Origin: Mytilus californianus
Lineage: Eukaryota
DNA length: 64,000 nt
NCBI RefSeq assembly: GCF_021869535.1
Contig: NW_026262745.1
Location: forward strand, 36,394,001 to 36,458,000
Reading direction: 5' to 3'
The notes under the pieces were generated by a model. It was not told the DNA's origin. It made no database searches and saw only the letters and a list, made by a program, of their open reading frames with translations. Below are positions 33,391 through 47,519 of the stretch, piece after piece; the first letter of the stretch is position 1, and each line of letters begins with the position of its first letter. The position numbers and the translations under genes are program-made.

Positions 33391-36300
33391 ACTACAAATC
33401 ATAGCTTAGAAAGCGAAACAAATTTGATCTAGGTAGTCTAAAAGAGAACATTTCTCCATGTTTTTGCTATTTACTAAAAATAGGTTTTTAACGCGGCAAT
33501 TACATGTAGAACAATGGTTGCCAATCAGAAATATTAATTTAAGAATTTGAAAAATAATGTAGAATTCCTTATATATACATGATACAAGCTTAATATTACC
33601 CTTGTACATGAACAACACATCACAAAAAGGTTTAGAGGGAAATAAAAATTACAAAATAAAATCCTCCCACCCACCTCATTTTTTTCTGAAAATCTACTAC
33701 TAGTAATTAAGTTTAGTTGGCCTTACATAAGATTTTTAAAAGTATTTTGGTCATCCATTTTTTTTTAAAAAGAAACTTTTACAAATTAAATGAACAAATT
33801 TGGGGTTATGTTTTTCAATCTTTTTTAATTTACGGTAAATTAATAGTTTGAAATTATTTGTGGCAGGAATAGATGATACATATTAAGAACCTTGATGAAG
33901 GCATAATTACATTTTAAGTTAAATTTGAATGACCATATTGTACATTAAATATTCTATTTAGGGACCATCTAGGAATAATCCTATATTTGCAAAGCTCTTA
34001 AAAGTTAATTGTCCGTTTAAATGTTTAATTATAATAGGAATATTAAAATACCGACAAAGATGAATGTTCATGATGAAAGGATATAACATCATTTAACATT
34101 GTCCATTTTTCAGAAATAATTTTGTTTGAAGATAGAAAGTGAGATCATGACATGGACATTTGGGTGATAACTGTACCCTGTGATTAATTAGGCTGCTAGT
34201 GGACAGTGAAATGGACATCCTTTGTCCAACAATTCTGGATTTTAATGACCAATTTGTCTATTATAACTCTGGACAGGTTTCCATCTATCATCACTGCTTC
34301 TGCATTTGAGTAGATTTATTGTTCTGATCTTCTAATTATAACTTGGAACATTTAGAATTGTAATCTTGTCTTTGTGATCTTGAAATTTTTTAAGCCTAAT
34401 GTTTGGTTCTTTTTCTTATGTGGAATTTTCTGTGACAAAATATCAATTATTTGGAATTTTTTGGAGGGCTGTTCTATAAAAACATACATGGGACCAAGGG
34501 AAGGCACTTCCAAATCTCAGTGATGGGTGGGTGTCATATAAGTTTTTGCATAGTGGAAATGTAAGTGAAATTTTAATTTGCCTCTATAGATGGTTACCCC
34601 ATATTTAAAGTGCCTTTCCTGGGCACAATGTATGTTTTAATGGAACAGCCCTGATTTCATTATTGATTTGGCTAATGATTAAGAATGCAATATCCAAAGT
34701 TGGGAATTTCTTTAATACTGTGTTCACACCAAATTTAGTATTTTAATACCAGATAGATTACATGATATAATATTCAGCAATAAAAACATATTAATTGTTA
34801 GCATTCAAAATGTCAACCTGGGCTGAATCTAGATGCGTCATGAGATAGATACGATAAATATGCATTAATTGTCCATTTTACAAAAAAAACAATGCATATT
34901 GCAATGGAGATAATTGTGAAAGCTGAATCATTGTGCTATCATTCCTAACCCTGAGTTGGTTTGATCATGTGATGGCAGTTGTTTGATTAATCTAGAATCA
35001 TTGCTCATTTCTTTTACATGGGAACGGTATTTCCTGAATTTATTAGGTAGCATCCAACAATGAAAATGTGGTGTGAACAGGATATGGTATATTCTAGGAA
35101 TGAAACAGGTGATTGTAATTTGTCACAATTTTTAGTTTCTCACATTTATGCATGACTCGTTTGCCTTTCTCCATTGATGTCAGTTTTCTTTGTTTTTCAG
35201 TAAAGTTGGCAAACAATTTAAAATTTTCGAAACTTTCAAAGCTTGATTAGAAATAATTAAAATTATAAAATACATTTGCTATTTATTACAATTCAGAAAT
35301 TACTAGACAGAATTTCATCCCTGCTTTGGAAGGGTGAAAGTAGCTTAATGACCTATACAGATCTTTGATTCAGTAAAAAATTCTTTTATAAAGCTTTCTA
35401 TTGTTAATTTCGGTTTTCTACTGTTTGATGTTTTCAAACTTTTGAACCCCATTGAGTGAAAAAAAAATCTTAAAACTTTTCAAAGTAACCTAATTTATAT
35501 TCATTAGAAATCAGTTTCTTCTATTTACTTATTGTAACAAAATCAGATAAAATCTTACTGCTGAACAGGGGGTTGTTTGTTTTCTGAATTATTAAAAATA
35601 ATATTTTAAATAATTCTTCCCTTGATATTGAATTAATGGCAAAAAATCATTTCCTGAAGTACATTGCAAACATTTGAATTAGGTGATTAAAGCTTATAAT
35701 TTGAATTTGAGACAATTATTATTTGAATTGAGACAATTAAACTCATTTTTGATCTGATTTGAAGGCACATTGACCAGTAGTTAACACCTTTTAGCATACC
35801 TGGCTGCAGGTAAACTGGCCAGGTGACCACGGGTCAGTTTTCATCTCATTACAATTCACATTAACTTCATCTACAAAATACAAGGTTACTATTTACAACT
35901 TGAGGTCAGGGTGGTGAGTTCGAGGGTCGTGTCTAACAGGTTATAATTCTGTCAACATATGTCCAGATTTTTTTTTATTTCAAAATGATGTCTTTGAAAT
36001 TGAGTTTTTTTACAGCTGAAATTTAAGCTTTGATGGTTTCTCTACTGACATGAATTGTAAAATAGCGACAACAGCAATTATTTGGAAAGTTATTAATGGG
36101 AAAAATTAAACTGCTCAATTCAAATAGCTGTGAAATCATGAATGGACAAAATTCATATTAACTAACTAGGTGTGAGATCCTCGACCAAAATTGACCAGTG
36201 CTGACCAGCATCAGAAATGGGAGATTAAATGCAGTGAAGTTTAAAGCATGACCATCTACAGGAATTTTAGCAACAGATGGATTTCAAACCTTAAAAGAAA

Positions 36301-38151
36301 TCATTTTTAATGTTTAAATAATTCACAATTAAATTTTTCGCCCCATTTCCTCTGGACTCAAAACTTCCTATTAATAATAAATGTTAATGAAAATATTTAT
36401 ATGGACATCTTTAATTTTCAAAACCATGGTCATTTGGCTCCTTGGTGAATTAAACTGAGCACTCCTCACAATATAGTAATCTGCATAAACATATTAGGAT
36501 TAAATAGGTAGATAACAAAATGTCACCATTTATGTGTACTGTGGTGGCAGATGGTACCAAATATTTCAACATGTTCCTTAAACTGTAGTCCGAATTCCAT
36601 TTAAATTTTACAACCCATTAATCAGTATGTTAGTATACCATTTTCTCATCTTCTGATCCCTGAGAAAAATAAATTCTATCATTATTTTATGGAAAGATAA
36701 TTAATCATAGATATATTTGTATTAAATCTTTATAGATCTTAAATGTATAAACTTTCCCTAACCTGTTGGATTGAATGGTGGAATTTTCAGGTTTATTTCA
36801 CTTGAGATAAAACATTTAGTCAAATTTAAAATCTGTCACTGTGTAAAAATGGTAACTATTAAAAAATAAATTATACTTATTCCAGCATTTTTGCAGAAGT
36901 ATTGTCAAAGACAAGCTTGATTTGAAATTGATTAAGAAGCTAACTGAGGAGAAATGCATCACTGTGTGTGATTGTATTAATATTTGAACATGCTTGCAAA
37001 AGATTAATTCGTGTCCAGTGCCTTGCAAAATGATATTGAAATTATTAATTCAATATTTGCTCAGTGTTAAACATAGATGATTAAAAATTTGCTTGGTTGA
37101 GTTAATATTCTATAAAGTTTAGTGCATTCAAACTTTGATTCTCATACAATTAAATGATAACCTTGAGGAGAATAAATATGGTCACTTTCTGTCTGTAATG
37201 CAATTATTTGTCAAATTTTGTACTTCAAAAGTTTCAGTATTTTGAAAAAGACATTATTTGCATTTCCTTGCATGGTTATTTTGAGAATTGTAAGTGTTCA
37301 GATATATGCCATCAGATTTGTAACTTTTACGTATGTCCACTCTGATTAAAATACATCTAGACCAACTGTCCATTCTTTGCTTACATTATGATCTATTACC
37401 CCTCTGTTGTGATAATTATTTAGCCAACCTTTTAGTTCTTGCCTTAACATTTTTGAAGATATGTATCAATAGGACCAAGCAAGTATCCAAATTTGTTGCC
37501 TTGGCTTAGCATATGAGCCCATATCGCATGTGTAAAAAACGTAGATCAATATTATTATGATGGTAATTAAAGTTCGAGTCATTGTATTCCAGTATGATAT
37601 ATACAGTAATTGTTAAATAATAACATTGTACTAAGAGGCCAAAAGGGCAGTTGCCATTTTTTGGCCTCAGTTTTAAAAAATCTCTGATATCACAAGGTGA
37701 ATTGAAGACTGTATGTTGACCAGTTGATGTGTTTACATTATCAGTGTTTGTGTTATTGGGGACAGCAACCCAATACCCGGTATCTCCTATTCTATCATGA
37801 AATTAAATTTCCTTCATGAGGGTCATAATGGGGATACCTTCATGATGAATAACAGTAAAATATCTTGCCAAATGACAACGGTAATTTTTGGTGCATGACG
37901 ATAAAATGTACATTTTCTTTATGACAATAAATAAATTGACTTATTTTGAGGAATCACGTTAATTTTTTCCAAAAAATAACAGTAATGGATATTTATTTCA
38001 GACCTCACGATAAGGATATTTTGACGAATCACGATAAAATATTAACCAAATTGACGATAATGATAGCTGAAAATTACCATTTGACATCTGACGGTAAAGG
38101 GCATTCCTACCCTCCTTCATAATACAAATTCAAATTGGAAGAAATATTCTG

Positions 38152-39729
38152 TAAGGCCACACCAATTTGATTAATAGTTCAATGGATTTTTCCGCTCCTG
38201 TTTTGGAGAAATTGACTCTTCAATAAAAACAAAAAATTTACCACTTTCACTCCAAAATTAGTTTCTCCTTGAAATTTCTTTTTACATATAGACGCTTTTC
38301 TTTTGCATATAATGCTCCTATCGTTTTAAATGCACGTGTGATAAATCGATTTGTAAATAAAAGGTCAAAAATCGGGATGCCAATTTATTATATGCCTGTT
38401 ATTGAACACACAGTTATCCCAAATGCTTCTCGTTTTACCTTTGAAGAACTGTTTTAGGATGTAAAAATTAAAAATCTTTTGTTAGATGACCACAAACACA
38501 TCAATATTTGTTAAAACCATCGTCTACTCCGATTCTTTGTTCCAACAGGCATAGACCTATCTATCTTTTGGATGAAATGAATTGTAAATTCCCATGAACT
38601 CTTTATAAAATCACAGAAGTATTTGATGTTGATAAAACCCCATATCCCCTTGTTAGTCTTTTGGCATGCAAGCAGAACTCTTTTTTTGTTGGGGGGAATT
38701 TAAAGAGTTACAACGAGACCAAGGTGATGCCGTATTGTGATTGGCATGCTCATAATAATTAGGGGTGTTTAATTGGTTCAACCACCTCTTGTCGAGCTAA
38801 AGAGTTTTAAATGCATTACAGCTTATAGGAGCAAAAGGAAAGAGTATTTTGCTCAGTAAGAAAAATGCATGTGAATGGGGTGACAGGTATTTTAAGGGAA
38901 TATTTTAATACATTTTGATCTACACGTATAGCAATATAACTATCTTACTCAGGATGTTGTTTTAGTACAAAGCAAGAAATATTCACCTCACTCATTATTT
39001 TGATCCTAAATATGCACAAATAGTTCCAACTAGATGTCAAGTAGCCAATAGATAAAGGCAACAGTAGTATACCGCTGTTCAATAGTCATAATTCTATTAA
39101 GCAAAAACAAATCTGGGTAACAAACTTAAACCTAGGGAAACACTTCAACTATAAGAGGAAAACAACAGAACAACAGAAACACTGAACTACAACAATAAAC
39201 AATCATTACAATAAAATGAAAACTATCAAATATCTTTCAGGGGTATTTTTTTTTGGATACATACATATATTTTAATTTTATTCAACATGTGTCATTTATC
39301 TAACTAACATACCGGTACTTCCTCTAACTGCATCTGCTATGATGCCTAAATATATATATGGATTTAAATGAAAATTCACATAGACAAAGCTTACTTGAAG
39401 AAAATAACCAAAATTAACTAAACCACAGTGAGACAAGAAAGTCTGATAATTTGGTACAGGCACCAATAAATCAAATTATATGCATTAGAGCATCTGTTGC
39501 TCCTCGTTTTTCTATGAAATAACCCAGTTATAACATGTACATAAATTGTACAACTTCTGAATCACACATTTTTTTTTTTTTAATTATACCGCTCGCTTCA
39601 CTTGTAGAGCACTCGCCTAAAAAAAACTCATTTTCAAGAAATATATAAAACAAAATAAATTCGCTCACTCGCCCCATATTTTTTGGAGCTTTTGTCCGAA
39701 GAACTATTAATCAAATTGGTGTGGCCTTA
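38152..39729. mobile_element. 1.58-kb non-autonomous TIR DNA transposon (TA target)
   Basis: Perfect 29-bp TIR TAAGGCCACACCAATTTGATTAATAGTTC at both ends; the joined flanks reproduce the 20.9-kb repeat. Confidence 0.9.
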
Positions 39730-40375
39730 TATTATTATTTCTGGAACAAATATTACAGTATTTATTCCTGACGAAATAAAGATTATAGAATATTTGTTCC
39801 AAGATGAACAGATATTATTGCATTGTTTACAACAACTTCTGTTAGGCAGACCGAACAAATATACGTTGCCAAACATACCTACATGTATAGACATTTTTTG
39901 ATTGACTTGTTTTGAGTTGGAGTAATTTTCCTTTCCCATCTTGTTGGTTTTCAGTATCATGTTTTAATTTGATAAGTCAAATAAGGCAATCAAAAGGTTT
40001 GCCCTCCAACATGGTAGCCAGAGGCAATGAATTACTTCTTATTAAAGGCTATCTATGGAAAACATTGAAGAACAAATGCTGAACTGGTTCTAAGGATAAC
40101 AAAATATTTTTTTCATGTGGTATAGGGATCAGTTGATACATGCTCCTTGGATTTTAATGTGTTCTGAATATGAGAGGGTTTGGTCATTGCACAGATCTTC
40201 ATTTTTTTTTTTTTGTGTTTTCTGATGAAAAACAATATTTCTTCTTTTTTTCAGAAAGAAGACTTTTTATAAATTGTCTAAGTTATAAACTGAGAAACTT
40301 TTGAGGAGATTGTCAGCAAAGAAGGATTTCAGTATTCACTTGACTTCAAATTTTAAGAAGGTAGTCAGAACATGT

Positions 40376-40795
40376 AAAATTAAGAATGGAAATGGGGAAT
40401 GTGTCAAAGAGACAACAACCCCACCAAATAGCAGAAAACAGCGCAAGGTCGTAATGGGTCTTCAACAAAGCGAGAAAATCTGGCACCCAGAGGTGGGCTT
40501 CAGCTGGCCCTTAAACAATAATGTATACTAGTTCAGCAAAAATGGACGTCACATTAAACTCCAAAACATATAAATGAACCAAAATTAAAAAACATACAAG
40601 ACTAACAAAGGCTACAGGTTCCTGACTTGGGACAGGCGCAAAAATGCGGTGGGTTAAACATGTTTCGTGAGATCTCAACCCTCCCTTATACCACTAGCCA
40701 ATGTGGAATAAACAAACACACGGCAATATGCAGTGAAACTCAGTTAAAAAGAAGTTCGAGTCAGATGTTTTAGATAAGGTCAAACAAAAATAAAA
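40376..40795 (-). mobile_element. Older family-1 PLE 3'-end copy, including a twister motif at 40610-40699
   Basis: The minus strand reads GGCTAGTGG..GGGAGGG-TTGAGATCTCA..AAACATGTTTAACCCACCGCATTTTTGCGCCTGTCCCAAGTCAGGAACCTGTAGCC. Confidence 0.85.
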
Positions 40796-41852
40796 ACTGT
40801 ATTTGAAGAACATTAAAAAAAACCTAATTCTCCATTTAGCTTCTGATATTTGATTGTACCAGTAAATGTACTGCAAACCAATTAATTTTTCAAGTGATTT
40901 ATTAAATGTGAAAATAAGAAGATAATATATGACTGCCAATGAGACAATATTCCACCAAAGACCAAATAACGTAGAAGTTAGCAACTATAGAGCACTGTTT
41001 GGCCTTCAACAAAGAGCAAAACTGATGCCACTTAGCAAGCTATAAAATGCCCCGAAATGACGAATGAAAACAATTCAAATAAGGAAACCAATGGCCTGAT
41101 TTATGTACAAAACTATAAATGGAGATGAAACATGGTATACAGTAACAAATGACAGCCGATTTCACAGGAAGAAAAAAAAAAACATAAATGTCAAACTTCC
41201 ACCTCTTCTTTTTATGATTTCAACAAAGATCAAAATGAATCGTCATGAAGTTTGTATGAAAGGGCTACACAACAAAAAAGTGTTCAATAGACAGATGTCT
41301 ATAAAATATATCAAGCTCTAACCTACAGAAAAGTATACCAAGTAGTAACAGTTAGTCACCAATTTGTATGGGGAGATCATTCCACTCACTTAAGGAAGAT
41401 GTATTACAAAATTCAGGTCCAAATGTTCAACAAAAATGAGACAAATTGAGCAAGCATTATATTATTACAGCTATATAAAGATTGATTAATAATTTTGAAT
41501 CAGAATTTTTAGGTTAAATCTCTTAAAATACACTTTTTTTCGTTATTAGTAATGCTTACTTGTATTTTGAACCATTGAATTAACTATATTTTCTCTCATT
41601 AAAGATATAGTGCTAGGAGCATCAATTAGCAGTGCCAGCTTTTTGCTTGTTTTAACTGTTTACACATAAATTAGTCATGGCATTAATTTATTATTAATTT
41701 ACATATTAATTTGTTTTTATTAGTCTTATTGAAGTTTAATTCAGAGAAATCCAACATAAAGTTTGTTTACAAAGATCAGAGAAGATGGTGATGGAATCAC
41801 CACAAGACACAGGGGAGATTTGTGACCATGGTGACACAGGTATAAAGTACAA

Positions 41853-43118
41853 TAATGTGGTTTCATTTATTGTCGAGCCTTCGACTTTTGTCGAAAAAGC
41901 GAGACATAGCGATCCTACATTCCGTCGTAGTCGACGGCGTCCACAAATATTCACTCTGTGGTTAAAGTTTTTGAAATTTTAATAACTTTCTTAAACTATC
42001 CTGGATTTCTTCCAAACTTGGACAGAAGCTTGTTTATGATCATAAGATAATATTCAAAAGTAAATTTTGTAAAAAAATAATTCCATTTTTTCCGTATTTT
42101 ACTTATAAATGGACTTAGTTTTTCTGCTAGGAAACATTACATTCACTCTGTGGTTAAAGTTTTTGAAATTTGAATAACTTTCTTGAACTATCCTGGATTC
42201 CTATCAAACTAAGAAAGAAGCTTGTTTATGATCATAAGATAGTATCCAGAAGTAAATTTTGTAAAATAAAAATTCCCCTTTTTTTCCGTATTTTACTTAT
42301 AAATGGACTTAGTTTTTCTGCTAGGAAACATTACATTCACTCTGTGGTTAAAGTTTTTGAAATTTTAATAACTTTCTTAAACTATCCTGGATTCCTACCA
42401 AACTTGGAAAGAAGCTTGTTTATGATCATAAGATAGTATCCAGAAGTAAATTTTGTAAAAAAAAATCCGTTTTTTCCGTATTTAACTTATAAATGGACTC
42501 AGTTTTCTGCCAGTTAACATTACATTCACTCTGTGGTTAAAGTTTTTAAAATTTCTACAACTTTCTTAAACTATCCTGGATTTGTACCAAACTTGGACAG
42601 AAGCTTGTTTATGATTAAAAGCTAGTATCTAGAAGGAAATTTTGTTAAAATTTTGTTCCATTTTTTTCGTATTTTACTTATAAATAGACTTAGTTTTTCT
42701 TCCAGTTAACATTACATACAGTCTGCAGTTTAAGTTTTTAAAACATTTATTAGATTCATAAACTATCCTGGATTTTTACCAAACTTGGACAAAAGCTACT
42801 TACAATCAAAAGATAGTATAGAGAGGAATATTTTTATTAATTTTTTTCCTCATTTTTGTTGAGCCTGCGATTAACAGCAAAAGTAGGCGAGACACTGGGT
42901 TCCGCGGAACCCTTACGAATTTTATTCATAGGTGCCAATTTTTGTGGATTGAGGAAAATGGCATTTTCGTTTATATTTGATTTTGTAGTTTTGCAAAAAG
43001 TCTGTATACAAGCCTATAGTCAATTCATACGGCATTGAACATTTAAATTTGTGCTTTCCCTTTTAAGTAAAAAATCAATGAAAATTGGTATTCTGCGAAT
43101 AATAATGAATCCGAAGTA
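41853..43118. mobile_element. TA-target MITE split by the HINE at 41866-42923
   Basis: Left end TAATGTGGTTTCATTT; right part TTTTATTCATAGGTGCCAATT...AATAATAATGAATCCGAAGTA; joining at the T-run rebuilds a short MITE. Confidence 0.6.
41866..42923 (+). mobile_element. HINE with five about 190-bp core repeats
   Basis: 5' TTGTCGAGCCTTCGAC...GCGAGAC; units start at 41949, 42141, 42335, 42524 and 42716; 3' GGCGAGACA followed by hairpin GGGTTCC-GC-GGAACCC; inserted in a T-run. Confidence 0.9.
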
Positions 43119-43180
43119 TGGCAGAGAAGATGTATATGTATATTAAATTTAGTTGACCTTCCTTGAAGTTGTGTGAGGCA

Positions 43181-43230
43181 GGGTTTTTACTATGATTATA
43201 GCGCTGGGTTTTTACTATGATTATAGCGCT
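43181..43230. repeat. Perfect 25-bp tandem duplication
   Basis: GGGTTTTTACTATGATTATAGCGCT twice. Confidence 0.95.
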
Positions 43231-44444
43231 GAGTTACAGACCATGACTGAAGTCTTTGAAGGGTTAAATGTAACAAAGGAATTTGTTACTAGTTCGAACG
43301 TAATGTTTTGCGGTCAAAATGATTTTATAATTTCCAAAACTTATGTCTTTTGGTATCATCCTTGATTATAAATTATTGTCCTGGAGAAATTCTTGAAAAA
43401 CCCTGGATTTTTTTTTTGGCAAAAAAGAGTGAAAAGTCTTCTTTGGTAGATGGCACAAAAGACTTCAATGATCCTGCTTTAAAACATATTGTTAATAGGG
43501 TATTTGAACCTTGGGAATATATGCCTTTCCAGAGTTTTAGATAAGCTGGACTAATAAACCATTAACTTTACTGCAGACTTTAGAAAGCTTGAATCATTAA
43601 GCTAACAAAATAAGTAAATTGGTAACTAAAAGGTTGGATACAGATTTTGTATTAGGGTATTTTAGCCTTGGAAATATACTTTACAAGAGTTTTGAATAAG
43701 TAGGACTAAAAATCCATGAACATGGCTGTTGACACTTGGCAAGCTTCAACCTATAAGCCCACATAATAAGTAAATTGGTGATACCAACTTCAGGAGTGGA
43801 TTAATCCACATTACTAGTTCCCCCCAATCCTCCCTATATTATGCTCCTTATTCTATTTAGGGACTATGTTGCTATTACTTAAGTACTTTCTCTTTTGGGG
43901 GCCGAACCAAACGCTGAAAAGATACAGTGCAAATGAAAGCATCTGTTTTACACTAATCAGAGATCAGTAAGGGGCCCAAGACATGTTAACCGGTTCTTGG
44001 TTAGAAGTATAAACTGAACAAACACAGGTTTGGGACAAAGAACCACAGTTTAATATTTTCTTTGCATATCAATAAAGCAATAACCATAATTACAAACAAA
44101 GCAAAATCAAGTTGAAAATCTGTGGTACTCCAAAACAAACCCAAAACCTGTGCAAAGGTAGAAAGTAGGACATGCGTCTGAAACATGCTAAAGACTGAGG
44201 GCTGACGCGAAAAAACATTTATTTTCCTTAGAAAACTGAAGAAAAACTGTCATGTCTGTGTGCCTGTAAGCCTAAAAATAAGAAAATGGAGAGAATGACA
44301 GGACATGTGAGGAACAAGGTGTTGTACATACAAAGGGGTGCATAAGCATTCCTTCATAAAAAATTGACATAACTTGAATTCATGCGGTCCTGAAATAGCA
44401 TCTGCTAAAACATTTTGCTTCCCAGGCAAATGAATTGCAAACAT

Positions 44445-45039
44445 GGGGTAATGCAAATTTGTAATTGTAATGCATGGTAATGCATTACATTTTTCCAAGT
44501 AATTGCATGTAATGTGTAATGTAGCAATTTGTGCATTACATGTAATTGTAATATAATGCATTACTTTAGCAAAAAGTTGTGTAATTTCATGCATTACATG
44601 GCATTACATGTCACTTTTTTCACATACTACATCTTTAACATATTGTTGGAGTTTTAGATAAACCAATTTTAAGATTTCTTGATTAACTAAGAATATGTTA
44701 ATCATTAGAATATATTCTTTATTTCATCTTATTTCATACATTTTCCTGCATAAAAAGATTGATATTTGAAAAGCATAGCTGTATTGTTGTCATAAGATCA
44801 AAGAATATCTTTGTTTTGCTTAAATAAAAGATAATTAAACTTTGTTATAAAACACTAATTAGATTGTTTAACAATCATGACAATCAATATTTTCACCATT
44901 TAGACAATTGTTCATTAATTAAGGTCTATGTTTATTTTATAATTAGGGAAGTAATTCACAGTAATTAAATATTTCGTTTAAAATTAAAAAAAAAAAAAAA
45001 AATATATTTATAAAAGTAAAGTCAACATTAAGTTAAAAT
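44445..45039. mobile_element. About 600-bp insertion with GTAAT/GCATTAC repeats inside the DIRS RNase H
   Basis: Separates ...WLSASYN from FAIHLPGKQNVLADAIS; its left part is a cluster of GTAAT/ATTAC motifs. Confidence 0.65.
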
Positions 45040-45138
45040 AATTATAAGAAGCAGATAGCCAAAACAATTCACGCAAAAAGGACATCAAAAGTTTGTTTCT
45101 TGAGGTACACTTATTGATACAGGCAACAGTTGATGCAT

Positions 45139-45348
45139 TACTGTAAATTCAGAAATTATTGCGTGCATTTATTATTGCGATTTTGTCATCATAGACTAAA
45201 ATGCGATTTTAATTTTTGCGATATTGAGAAAAATCCTGTTTAATTCATATAAAAAATTTCAAAATGCGAGTTTAAATTATTGCGAATATAACCCTGTCGC
45301 ATTTTTTGCAATAATAAAAACATCGCAATAATTTCTGAATTTACAGTA
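45139..45348. mobile_element. TA-target MITE inserted in the RNase H catalytic Asp region
   Basis: Perfect TIRs TACTGTAAATTCAGAAATTATTGCG / CGCAATAATTTCTGAATTTACAGTA; excision restores FCDNASTVACINKCTSRNKLLMSFLRELFWLS. Confidence 0.92.
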
Positions 45349-45362
45349 TCACAAAAAATATA

Positions 45363-46751
45363 TTAACGCCTATTTTGCCAGCACTTAGCCCAACTTTTGA
45401 CTGCCAAAGCCACTGCAAGTGCCTCTTGCTCATTTATATGCAAAGATTGCGCAAATGGGAAATCCTCTTTCCAATTGACATAAAACCAATCAGTACCAAA
45501 AACTCCACCTGCTCCTGTATTGCAAGCATCAGTGTAAACTGAGGTAACAGGATCAGTATTTAGAAAGACGGATTTCCCATTGAAAGTTGCCATAAAATTG
45601 TACCACCAATGGATATCATGCAAAATTTTGCCGCCTAAGCGCATTTTGTGCCTGTCATGCTTGAGCTGCATGATGCTGTCAATGATTCTCCGGAGAAAAA
45701 CTCTCCCGCCGTGAACCACTGACGAAGCCCAGTTTAGCTTGCCCGCCAGGGACTGCAATTGTTTCTTAGAAACATGCTTGCACTGCTGAAAACTTGCTAG
45801 TTCTACCCTTAATTCATCAAGTTTTTTAATAGGTAATCTTAATTCCAATGTTGTGGAGTCAATCTCCACGCCTAAAAATACTAATTTCTGGCATGGATCC
45901 ACAACCTTGGACCAACTAATAGAAAAGCCTAACTTGCGCAGCAAGTAAATTAAAACCCTAAGTGCATGTGCACAGCGCTGCTTAGTGATTTCACAAATGA
46001 AAAAATCATCCAAATAAGCTATAATGGTAAAACCTCTGCGTGACATCATACGGCGGATAGCCTGTGATAGCCTATGAAAGATACCTGGTGCTAGTTTTGA
46101 GCCAAAGGGTAATTTTTTATCAATAAAGGTATGGGTCTGACCGTCAGGAAAAGTCCACCGTAAACCAGTTACCTGTTGACTATGAGGACTGATGCTAACA
46201 GATCTATAGGCCGACTTTAAATCAACTTTGGCCATGAAACAGTTTTTTGTGACTAATTTTGCCGCATCATCAACAGATTGAAACTTTTGTTTTTCTACCT
46301 CCCCCGCAAAATCATTTAAAGCAGACCCTAGCGGTCTGCTGCAGTCTTGAATTATCCTTACACCACCATCAGGTTTTGGAATAATACCTAAAGGGCTAAT
46401 AATTTTAGGTGTGGACTTAGCATACTCATAATTCCCATTTTCAATTTCAGTCAAAATCTGTTGATGGGCTTTTTCATATAAAGGACTTGAAGGATTAGCT
46501 GAAGGGTGATTTTTTGCCGATATGTTCAAGGAAGCCAAATTATCTTGAACAATGTTAAACCCATCTTTTATACCTTGCAAAAGAAAATCTTTATCAACAT
46601 CATATTTTAGTTCCTCTTGCCAAACATTATACACTAAGTCACGCACAGGCTTTACCTTTATCCGTTTTTTGGATGAGCAAAGGCTTGGTGTTGGGCACCA
46701 CAACCCTGAATTGAACAAATATGTACATAGCGACAGTTTGGAAATGAGCAA
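45363..46751 (-). pseudogene. DIRS/Ngaro reverse transcriptase-RNase H (interrupted)
   Basis: ISPLGIIPKPDGGVRIIQDCS, MAKVDLKSAYR, LPFGSKLAPGIF, AYLDDFFI, FLGVEID, LAGKLNW, VYTDAC and INEQEALAV; premature stop at 45363-45365. Confidence 0.92.
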
Positions 46752-47519
46752 CCTTTCCTACTGTTAAAACTTTTGCAAATTTCATTTCCCTCTATAGAGT
46801 GTGAAGTATACCTGGAATAGTCCTGCTGTTGTTTATTTGCATTCTTAAACATTGGACCAGATGCCTGAGGTTTATTGTATATAGCTTTAGGCCGCAAGTA
46901 AACTGACTGTAAATGGGGAATGTCAGTGCCCCATCTAAAAGTATGCTACTTTTGAAGCCTACGATAATCTCTATCAAAAAACAGCACTGACACAAATTCA
47001 CATGATGAAACTAAGTGATAAAATCTCATGGTATATGACAAATAATCGAGGACTTGTGTCTGTGTCAGTTGTCCAGTGCTGAGCAGCTTGTAGAGATTCA
47101 AGCTTTGGCATTAATGGCCCAGACTTAAACACTAGTTGCCCCCCTGATGCATTGGAAATAAGGCACTCTTCAGGCATACTGGTCCCCCCTATATCATTTG
47201 AGACAAAATCTACAAAATCGAGATAATTGACATTACTGTCTATGTTTGAATGTTTTAGATAAAATTGTGGATCCTGCCAAGACAGGATAGAGTTAATGCC
47301 CGTCCCAGGGTTACCTAAACTGTTTACTGAATTGTCACTTCCATTCACATTTGAATTTCCCGCAAAGTTCTGGTTTGGATGTCCATCCAATGAAACGGAG
47401 GAATGTCTATAATGTTTCTGCTGTTCGGAAAGCTGATGCAATACAGCATTAATGTATGCTTCGTCTGTGTTTGTCTGTATTCCGCCATCTTCACTACGAT
47501 CATGGGATTCCAGAATCAA
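46658..47519 (-). pseudogene. DIRS/Ngaro gag-like ORF1 with a frameshift and an internal stop
   Basis: YLDFVDFV...PKLESL, then a shift to LDYLSYTMRFY...FDRDYRRLQK*HTFRWGTDIPHLQSVYLRPKA..., ending in CKSFNSRKGCSFPNCRYVHICSIQGCGAQH; stop TAG at 46948-46946. Confidence 0.8.

Noticed and set aside
39683-39960. 72-aa and 77-aa ORFs and their similarity to the 20935-21117 ORF
   Set aside because: Both lie in the TTCC/GGAA repeat; frames are not conserved between copies, and one starts inside a TE TIR.
42170-42436. 88-aa ORF
   Set aside because: Lies in the 190-bp HINE tandem core; no coding signature.
43420-44250. Tyrosine recombinase ORF and split direct repeats of the DIRS element
   Set aside because: No R-H-R-Y motifs found and no match to the 5' region seen; the two diverged about 155-bp units at 43496-43786 look like an unrelated old duplication.
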